Origin: Haliotis rufescens
Lineage: Eukaryota
Length of the DNA: 64,000 bases
Assembly: GCF_023055435.1 (NCBI RefSeq)
Contig: NW_025963835.1
Coordinates: forward strand, 13,392,001 to 13,456,000
Direction: 5' to 3'
Positions 55,029-64,000 of this stretch are shown piece after piece (the stretch's first letter is position 1; each line of letters starts with the position of its first letter). A program made the position numbers and the translations under genes. The notes under the pieces were generated by a model that worked only from the letters and a program-made list of their open reading frames with translations, was not told the origin of the DNA and made no database searches.

Positions 55029-56319
55029 ATATGACTTCACTTTTCTTCACTTAACACTTGTAATAATAATTGGGACTGGAAAGAGCACCGTGAGGTTATT
55101 CCCTGATATATGAAAGGTCGGTTCGGTTCAGAAATAGCAAAAAGAGAGAGGAAACCGATTTAGAATCAAAAGAACCTTTATGTTGATGTGAGACCATAGA
55201 AAATGCAGCTATAGTATGCTACTATCAAATGCATGACATATTTCTCACGTAGCTGTACCACAACCCCCGCGAATTCGTGTGATCGCACGATCAACATTTT
55301 TCGGGTCCAAAATAAAGTTTCTTACGCCCAATACAAACAAGACATACATCTGCGTGTTTCATCCCAAAACCTGCTAAAACTACCATCAACCAATGCTAAC
55401 CATTGATCTACACCAGTCAGACTGTCCCAATCTCATGAAAATCAGATGTGCTCGCTACCGCCACACAAAGATCTGAGGACATTCCATTCCAGGTCACGTC
55501 AGAACTACCTTTCGCGAACTTTTGACCGACCACTGAAATGACTGATCGGAAAGTAGCTTTTTCGAGCTTTTCGGTACCAGTTTCAAAATTGCCACTTCCA
55601 TTCAAGACTAGGTTCTTTAAAAAAAATATTTTGACAAAAGACTCGATTCAAAATTTGGAATTAAAAGAAACTTCTGGAATGTCTAATAGATGGCGGAGAT
55701 TGTATGGCAGTACTTCCCACGGAGCTTCTTTCGTTTTAAATTTTTCTTCCGTTGAAGAGATGATGCCTAGCATTTGAAATCAGTCGTACATCTCGGGCTG
55801 AAACTGTCGTTGGGAATGCCGCGCATTAACATTGAGGCTGCATGATTAGAAAACACATTAACATAAGAAAAGTACCGGCGGTGGGGATGCCTAGCGTTCG
55901 CTGGTCACACCGAAGGCCCGTGTTCGATTCTTCACATGGGTGCAATGCGTGAAGCCAATTTCCGGATCATTTTGCTAAGTCTTTGAGAATATTTTCAAAA
56001 CAACCACATCATACAACAGGTTCGTTTTAGATTTCATAGTTTTGGGAGATACTGACGGCAATTTCGAGACATGCCTTAGTTTTTCTTTGTGTATGAATAA
56101 TTTCAAAGACAATCGGATGAATACACGTGTCTGTATATACTCAACGTGTCACAAGCTGTGTATGCCCTGTGAGTGACTATCGAGACAGATGATGGTGTAT
56201 GACTGATTACTACATAATGATCTATACATGTAATAAAATAAGTTTAAATCAATCAGTTTTAACCGAGTGTGTCTTTTGTAACACTCATTTTGTGAAGCTC
56301 ATGTTGATTGATCAGATAC

Positions 56320-57275
56320 TCAAGAGATTCAGGGCCAGTATTGGGCTCCTTCCAATGTGAAGATTCAGGTCCAGTTTACGACTCCTCCCACTGTGGACAG
56401 TCGGGGCCAGTATTAAGCTCCACCCACTGTAGAGATGCAGGGCCAGTATTCAGCTCCACCCACTGTAGAGATGCAGGGTCAGTATTAAGCTCCTCCCACT
56501 GTGGGGATTCCCAGCCAGTATCAAGCTCCTCCCACTGTGAAGATTCAAGGCCAGTATTGGGCACTCCCTCTGTGGACAGTCAGGTCCAGTGTTGGGCTGC
56601 TCCTACTGTGGGGATTCCAAGCAGTCTTACGCTCATCCCACTGTGGAGATTAAGGGCCAGTATAAGGCTCCTCCCACTGTGGAGATGCAGGGCCAGTATT
56701 TGGCTCCTCCCACTGTGGACAGTTAGATCCAGTGTTGGGCTGCTCCCATTGTGGGGATTCCTAACCAGTCTAAAGCTCCTCCCACTGTGGAGATGCAGGG
56801 CCAGTATAAGGCTGTTCCCATTGTGGAGATGCAGGGCCAGTATAAGGCTGCTCCCACTGCGGAGATGCAGGGCCAGTATAAGGCTGCTCCCACTGCGGAG
56901 ATGCAGGGCCAGTATAAGGCTCCAACCACTGCGGAGATGCAGGGCCAGTATAAGGCTGCTCCCACTGCGGAGATGCAGGGCCAGTATAAGGCTCCAACCA
57001 CTGTGGAGATTCAGGGCCAGTATAAGGCTGCTCCCACTGTGGAGATGCAGGGCCAGTATAAGGCTCCACCCACTGTGGAGATTCAGGGCCAGTATAAGGC
57101 TCCTCCCACTGTGGAGATGCAGGGCCAGTATAAGGCTCCACCCACTGTGGAGATTCAGGGTCAGTATTTGACTGCTCCCACTGTGGAGATTCAGGGCCAG
57201 TATTTGACTGCTCCCACTGTGGAGATGCAGGGCCAGTATTAAGCTCCTTCCACTGTTAAAATTCAGGGCCAGTAG
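56320..57275. repeat. 36-bp minisatellite (~26 units)
   Basis: Unit GCTCCCACTGTGGAGATGCAGGGCCAGTATAAGGCT. Confidence 0.92.
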
Positions 57276-58399
57276 TTGGCTAACTTGTAAGATAGAAGGC
57301 CCTTGGGGGCATTTTTTTAATCTCTCCTCAGAAAGTATCTTTCCCAAAGTATCACAAAAACACATTCATTCTTTCAACTTTTTTACTTCAAAATTAGTAC
57401 ATAGGTTAAAAAAATACAATATAATCACATGAACTTTGACTTTTAAAGTCATATTGACTTGAGTAAATAGTGGCATAAATGGCAACTCTTCGGATGATTT
57501 GGAATAAATCCAGCCAGACGAGGAGGCGAGATCACAGCTGCATCAGCCACCTCGGGCGCTCTAGGTCGAGGTGACAGAGGCATACGTGAACGAGGACCCT
57601 GAGAAGCGCTGACACAAGACGCCTGTAGTAGTTGACGACTGTGGGGCGTCAAGTTGACGTAGGCTGCCTCTGAGGCGATGAAGTACAACGCCAACGTACA
57701 ACGCCTCTGGTGGGCGTAACCATCGCAGATGGGAGTGTCAGAGGTGCAGGTGGTGACTGACGAGACAGAAGTTAATGTCTGAAGAATACATATTTATTGC
57801 AGAGCAATTTCCTATGTGTGTTTAACTCAGCTAAAAGACACAAAAATGAATTTTGGTGGCAAGTGATCATTAACAATATGAACTAGAATGTGATTTTGCT
57901 TATAAATAAATATGCCTCCCCCTTCCTTATTTTGATACATTTGTTCAACTTGTTACCATAAATGGGTTTGCAAATGCAAAAACAATAATAGCAAAAAAAT
58001 ACCCGCACAAACTGATAAATGCATATATATGCCAACATAATGAAAAGTCTGACAGCAATATATGTTGGCAAATATGTGAGCATGGACAAAATTCTAAATA
58101 TGGACAAATAATAAGTACAGTGATAGGGTAGTACTTGTCTTCTCACTCTTGTGGCACTGTGGAAATTATTTCATGTGTGAAATCATTCGTTAGAAATTAT
58201 TCATGGTGTGTCAATTTAAGCAAGAGAACTACAATAAACTGATAAACAGAAGGTCAGAGTAACAATATACATGGAAAACCAGTGCTGATTTGTATTCACA
58301 TATTTCAGCTGACTAAATTGTCAGCTATAATCATTGGAAACTCAGTGCAAACTGTTTATATGGAAACGTGTGAGTTGAGGTGAAAAGGGGTCATTCAAG

Positions 58400-58894
58400 A
58401 TAAATACACGGAAGCGGATTATGGAAACGTGAAAAATTAAAAATAGCAAAAGGCAGCAATTCAGCTGATGATAAATGCATGACATATATTTTAGCCTGAA
58501 AAGATAATGGTTTCATGCAGAAATATTCTTTAGCTGTAGAGTTTTGGCAGGAAACAAATGCTTCTGGTTTGATTCAAATTTAAAGTATTAAAATATTAAA
58601 AGGCGATAGTATGTGGTATGTTGTCATTGCACATGTATAGTTTCATGCAAAAATATTCTTTTGTTTGAGAGTTCTGGCTTGGATACGAAGCCTAGAGTTC
58701 ACATTGTTTCTATAGAAACGAAACAAAATAAGATTTAGAAAAATCCAACATAGCAAAAGGCACCAGTTTAGCTGATGAGCAAAGCATATGCCAAGTTTTG
58801 TTGAAAAATGTGGCTTGGTTTTCAAGTTATGGCTCAGACTAGGATTGGGGTGCCAAAGGGAACGAGCCAAAAACAATACGTCTCTCTTTTGGAG
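58400..58894 (+). mobile_element. Helentron/HINE-like non-autonomous element (degenerate)
   Basis: Repeated agcaaaaggca..a.tt.agctgatga blocks; the aaaaggcaccagtt core is shared with the element at 62478. Confidence 0.4.
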
Positions 58895-59079
58895 GAGTGA
58901 GTGAGTGAGTTGGGTTGAACACCGCTTTTAACAGTATTTCAGTTATATCATGGCATGTCAGCTTCATGTGGGAGGAAAGCCTGAAGTGATGCAGGTCTCA
59001 AATGTTTACCACTTCGGTCAAACCCACGAGCACGGGTATGGCGCTGACAAAATTAGAAACATAATTGGGGCGAACCGGC
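58895..59079 (-). mobile_element. SINE family B, 3' part
   Basis: gagtgagtgagttgggtt...gtcagcttcatgtgggaggaaagcc...tagaaacataattggggcgaacc. Confidence 0.8.
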
Positions 59080-59242
59080 AATAAATCTTATGAAAACTGC
59101 CAGAAAGTCATCAGTCAGCTTCACTGCTGAGGATGAGACAACATTTTTACAAGCTCAGAGTTAGAAATTCCAAGTAGCTATCATCCAAGCACTTCCTATA
59201 CACTGAAGTCATTGTGACCAACAAATCTCTTTTGGGGGGGGG

Positions 59243-59479
59243 GGGGGACCCACCATTTTAATTTCATGGAGGGTGGGGAACAATATATTTTTAGGTGGAC
59301 AACTTCAAAACACACATATTTTCTGTGAAAGGAGGAGCTGATAAATACAATATGTTCACTTTTTTTCAGGACATCCAGCAGGTCTGGAAATAAATTTATT
59401 TTTTGTTGGGGCGAATACCTGAGGACAAATTATTTATGCTCATGCTCCTATAATATCAAATGGTCGGGGTCGGTCCCTA
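59243..59479. mobile_element. MITE with GGGACC...CCATTT termini
   Basis: gggacccaccattttaattt ... aatatcaaatggtcgg..gtcggtccct. Confidence 0.5.
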
Positions 59480-59519
59480 AATCACCTCCAACATCAACCA
59501 TGTGACTTCGAACAGTATC

Positions 59520-59785
59520 AGCGATAATTGATCGACCTGAGGTGTGATGCTCCCATGGTAGATGTTTCTGGAGGAAGTGGACAGACTAGAAACAAAATAT
59601 CAAAGGGTACAGAAGAGTGCTTTTAAGCTATAATCGACTAGAGGTGAGACACTCTTGTGATAGATGTTTCTTGAGGAAGTGGACAGACTAGAAACAAAAT
59701 ATCAAAAGGTACAGAAGAGTGCTTTTAAGCTATAATCGACTAGAGGTGAGACACTCTTGTGATAGATGTTTTTGGAGGAAGTGGA
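59520..59785 (-). repeat. 102-bp tandem triplication of the ACOT C-terminus/stop region
   Basis: gaggaagtgg at 59571, 59673 and 59775. Confidence 0.9.
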
Positions 59786-59857
59786 GGAGTCTCTTCCAGG
59801 CGTCCTCCTGGGCTGCAGCATGAGCTTCAGGCTGTCCTCCCCACACGAGAGTTATGT
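59730..59857 (-). CDS. ACOT/BAAT-family terminal exon with PTS1 (-SRL)
   Basis: Phase-1 join gives [42 protein letters not shown], matching the ACOT C-terminal pattern WGG...AH...AQ.DAW. Confidence 0.9.
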
Positions 59858-60284
59858 CTGTCGGGAAACACAAATAGTCAGAAAAACTTTGGATAGACAC
59901 AGCAAGAGTTACATTCTTAAAAAGTATTAAGCAACTTTTCAGGTATATTTTATAAAGTGAAAAAAGTACATTTTTGAGTTACCTGACTCATAGAACATAG
60001 CAACATGCATCCCTCTAAAACACTGCAGAGGCAAGGAGGCAGATTTTGTGATGCTTCACTTGATTTGGTGAGGAGAAACTCTAAAAGGTGTGGTTATCTC
60101 CCATGAACAAATGTTCTTAAGAAAAGTAATCCACCTGTGAATTTTCAGCCAAATAGTGGTGCAGTGGTGAAGAGTGTCTGTTATCATTAAGCTGAAGAAA
60201 TGGGACTCCTTGTGACTCCAGCAGTCAAATGAGTCCTATCTATGCATGAAGGTTATGCAAGCCCTACATTACCTGACATTGAAG

Positions 60285-60750
60285 GTGAGGTGAAATTTGG
60301 TGTAACGTCGCGTTCAACATTATTGCACTTATATAGCGACGTGCATGCACACATGTGTGGTGTGGTGTGGTGTGGTGTGGTGTGGTGTGGTGTGGTGTGG
60401 TGTGTGTGTGTGTGGCTGCTTGTACTAGTCTGGACTGCTGCCGATTTATTGTGCTAACTTACTGAGATACCATGCTACAGTTTAAAATGAATAGGCCACT
60501 CAGACACAGTATACTGACTCCGAGCCGACTAGTCCTTGTTTTAACCCCTTAATGCTGAGCGCCAGACAAGGTAACAAGTACCATCTTTTAACGTCTTTTG
60601 GTATGACGTGGACGGGGATCGAACCCCAGAGCTTCTGCTCTCCGGGGCGGACGCTCTACCACTAGCCCACGGAGGCGGTCATACAGGCTTTGCAGCCAGA
60701 CAGATCATTACCCACGAACCCCGAACCTTCCACTAGACCACGGAGGTGTT
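60285..60750 (-). mobile_element. Composite SINE family D (full copy, 30-bp foreign flank, second partial head)
   Basis: TSD acctgacatt(g/a)aag at 60271-60284 and 60752-60765. Confidence 0.85.
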
Positions 60751-61019
60751 GACCTGACATTAAAGCAATGGGTAGATCACTCAGCCACGAGGCTATGATC
60801 CAATGTCAAATAAGATGTTAATTTTATGAATAATATAAAAAAAGAGCATTGCAAAGAAAAAACACAAGTTTGTTCGTCAAAGACTTCAAGGAACGTCATT
60901 GAGGATAACTAGAGGCAGTATAAGTATGGTAACTGTCAGGAATGAGATGGACAGATCAACATGTACGTGTCTTAGTAATGTTACCCATGGCACAGTTCAA
61001 TGATCAACAGTGTAAGTCA

Positions 61020-61950
61020 ATATCTGGTGTAGCCACTCCTTACATGTATCATGGAAGACATCTCATGGTCAAAATCAGACTCCTGATCCTCAACTGAAGG
61101 ATGTGTTGCCATTCCTGATGCAATGCCTGGCTCAATTCTTGGAGATTCTGTACTGGAGGGTCCATGGCTCAAACCCTACATCCCAAATGACGTCATAAAT
61201 TCTCAATTGGATTCAGGTCTGAGCTTTGATGTCCCCCCTTGCCTCCAGGCACAAGTCCTACCATCAGTGTGGTGGAATAAGAACTGACTCTCATCAGACT
61301 AATGAGTTCCAGTGTGCTTGAGCCTGACAACAGGCTAAATGATCTCCCATGTGTTGGGGTGAGAGGAGTGGACATCTTATTGGACTTCCTGCCCTTAATC
61401 GTGGGGCACGGGTGGCCCAGCCGTCTAAGGCGCCGCTGTGGAGAGTTGCGTCCCTTGGGCAAGCCAGAAACCTATGATTGTGGGTTCGAATCCCGGTTCG
61501 CCCCGATTATGTTTCTAGGTTTGTCAGCACCATACCCGTGCTCATGGGTTTCACCGAAGTGTTAAATGTCTGAGACCTGCATCGCTTCGGGCTTTCCTCC
61601 CACATTAAGCTGACACGCCGTGATATAACTTGACTACTGTTAAAAGCGGCGTTAAACCCAACTCACTCACTCACTCACTCACTCCTGCCCTTAATCCTGC
61701 TGCATTCAGTTGACACCTGATGATGCTACGGGACACTCTGTAGTGGGTATGCCAGTGATGACAAAGGACAGTGCAAGTTGAAGCTGGCAGACGTTTTGCA
61801 TGGCGTACAAAGAACCTGTCCTCTCTGGCACTGGTCTTCCGTGGATGTCCTGATCTCAGCAAGTCACTCACATGTCCAGTCAATGTATTTTCTCATAAGT
61901 TGACTGATTAAAGTATGATTAATGTTTTACACGGTGGCAATAGCCCAACA
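61020..61950 (-). mobile_element. Degenerate Tc1-family transposon remnant interrupted by a SINE
   Basis: Translations SGHPRKTSAREDR (HTH region), SSDLNPIENL (SPDLNPIEN motif) and LSQALHQEW. Confidence 0.75.
61402..61682 (+). mobile_element. SINE family B with 14-bp TSD inside the Tc1 remnant
   Basis: TSD tcctgcccttaatc at 61387-61400 and 61683-61696. Confidence 0.9.
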
Positions 61951-62223
61951 TGACATGCCAGTTTGATACATGCCAATGTTTAGCCATCTTTGATTTTCTG
62001 TGATAGTACGCTAAGGCATTTTACTCACAATTGTTCCAAAGGCAGACTTTCAAATTGGTAGGACTTTCATTCAAAATTAATAGCCGTAAAGATATATGAG
62101 CTTTCTGTCATCCCACTCCAATAATATCAAATGTCGGTCGCTAAATCACCTCCAACATCAACCATGTGACATTGAAAATGAACAAAACCAGCAGGGTACT
62201 GTCAACGTGGTGATGACACTCAC

Positions 62224-62425
62224 CTAGCATTCTGTGATAAGATGATCTACATAGGGGCATGTATGGTGGTTCTATGAGGTGCCCCGTCCTTGGGTAGATG
62301 ACAACTTCAATGTTATCCCTCTTCTCTGCTGGGAAACTGTCCTTGAATTTATTAGCATTGGCAGTTGTCCATGTGCCGTCTTCTTCTCCACACAAGTATA
62401 ACAATGATGCATTTTTCTCCCACAC
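62224..62425 (-). CDS. Acyl-CoA thioesterase / BAAT-family hydrolase, penultimate coding exon (gene continues upstream)
   Basis: VWEKNASLLYLCGEEDGTW...IEVVIYPRTGHLIEPPYMPLC matches the BAAT_C catalytic Asp (GEED) and His (GHLIEPPY) motifs. Flanked by tgcag| and |gtgagt. Confidence 0.9.
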
Positions 62426-62477
62426 CTGCAAACATGCATAATTTCTCTAAAGTCATTTACAACATGTGCTTGAAAAG

Positions 62478-62746
62478 AAAACAATATGACAAAGTCATCA
62501 ATATTCCCCGCAATAGTAAAGACTTGTCTTGATTATGTCAACTAGTTATATATAATAAAATTTCTAAAATTTCAAAACTGTCAAAAGGCACCAGTTCCCC
62601 ACTAGACCAATTTATGTGTGCATAAAATATTGTACGGTTTTCAAGATCTGCTCCGGAAACGACATCTTGCACAGATGGACAGAGAGACGAACGGCAGACA
62701 GTGTCCATTTCAATACCCCCGGCAAAACATGTTGCAGGGGATAAAA
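62478..62746 (+). mobile_element. Helentron-associated HINE/DINE-1-like element
   Basis: GACA/GGAC microsatellite, then 3' hairpin ccccggcaa..ttgcagggg followed by an A-run. Confidence 0.6.
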
Positions 62747-62801
62747 ATAATGCTGTTTGTGTTTGGTATCCTCAGAGGGTGCAACTCAGAAGAGTAAGGG
62801 G

Positions 62802-62955
62802 CAGAGCTCCAGATAGCGGTAACTTTTTGAGCAATTTTTGAGCAATTTTGTCATTTAATGCATGAGTTTCTGTACGCAAGTTAATTGAAAGTATTTGGAT
62901 TTTGAATATTTTGGGGGAGTAGTTTATGCAAATACGCTGCTTATCTGTGGCTCTG
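62802..62955. mobile_element. hAT-type MITE with 8-bp TSD
   Basis: gtaagggg|CAGAGCTCCAGATA ... TATCTGTGGCTCTG|gtaagggg. Confidence 0.85.
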
Positions 62956-63739
62956 GTAAGGGGCACGGGTAAGTAAAAAAAGTCACTGCCACTGATGTGT
63001 GCATTGTCCTAAAGCAGTATAGCACTTGGATGGAGCTTCACTGGAGATTTCTCCTTCTCTCAACTGACATAGTCCTGTGGCACAGTACTGCCTCTTTATC
63101 ATGCCCGTTTACCCTTGCAGATCCTGACAGAATATCAAGCCTTCAATGTCATGTCCAGGAACTGTGTAGAAGAACATTAACCGATGACATTAATGCATGT
63201 AGCTACAGCTTCCTTGGCCTCAGGGTTTCAGAGGCCGCGCATAGCTCACATGAACCTCAGACAACAAGACATACGTATCAATATCATGTTTTCTCGCTAA
63301 GAGTATCTGTACATCTGTGAAGCCTTAACAAGCCCTGTATGTCATCAGCATCAACAATATACAGAAAAGGGAACTACAGCAGGTTCAAGCAATATGGTCC
63401 TAGTCCCAACAACTGATCCCAACATCTTCGTCTTCTTTCTCCAATTCTCCAAATGTTTCATATCAATCCAGGATTATACCGGGTGCACAATACTGTGTCC
63501 TCTGTGCATAGATCCTCAGAATGGATGCCAATGGGATTGAAAATTATATCTCTTTAAATCATCAGAATTTGTTCAATTGTAGCATCTCAAAAGAAATTCA
63601 TTCTAAGTTTAGACTCTCCATTTCGGGTTTTTCTTCACTCAATTACTATCTGACCTCAGAGTTTCATTTCAAACAAGATCACCTCTCATAATTAGCTAAG
63701 ATCATCGTATAATGCCTATTGTCCCCAGTGTGTAGACGA

Positions 63740-63965
63740 CACAGTGGTCAGTCAGTTTCATGGCTGTGAACCTCCAGAACTCTTCCAGAGAGTCCCCAGG
63801 AGTCACAGTGGTCAGTCAGTTTCATGGCTGTGAACCTCCAGAACTATTCCAGAGAGTCCCCAGTCACAGTGGTCAGTCAGTTTCATGGCTGTGAACCTCC
63901 AGAACTATTCCAGAGAGTCCCCGGGAGTCACAGTGGTCAGTCAGTTTCATGGCTGTGAACCTCCA
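63740..63965. repeat. ~60-64-bp tandem repeat (~3.6 units)
   Basis: cacagtggtcagtcagtttcatggctgtgaacctccagaact.ttccagagagtcccc. Confidence 0.9.
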
Positions 63966-64000
63966 CAAGTAAATGTCCCTGTCAATCCAACAGTTCATGA

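Noticed and set aside
56308-57365. Overlapping long ORFs on both strands
   Set aside because: A 36-bp minisatellite open in several frames, typical of non-coding repeats.

Overview
Eukaryotic, AT-rich, repeat-dense animal DNA. The SINE and HINE repertoire looks molluscan, plausibly a gastropod such as abalone (inference, not verified). Two protein-coding genes are supported. (1) A complete 11-coding-exon secreted matrix metalloproteinase (M10A) on the + strand, 40395..54746, about 512 aa, hand-spliced with consistent phases: signal peptide, PRCGLPD cysteine switch, [11 protein letters not shown] zinc motif, Met-turn, Arg/Pro hinge and hemopexin domain. (2) The last two coding exons of a convergent acyl-CoA thioesterase/BAAT-family gene on the - strand (62224..62425 and 59730..59857), ending in the peroxisomal signal SRL. 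The first ~40 kb has no recognisable host exons. It holds four SINE families (labelled A-D here), MITEs of several superfamilies, LINE remnants and many minisatellites. The long ORFs in the ORF track are mostly translated minisatellites. I see no clear new multi-gene system. The most unusual signal is repeated local tandem amplification of functional sequence: an MMP exon-intron junction with its splice donor (x11), the ACOT stop-codon region with a cryptic acceptor (x3), a SINE tail (x6) and a SINE segment (x26). One SINE copy also carries the unique flank of another copy 7.7 kb away.
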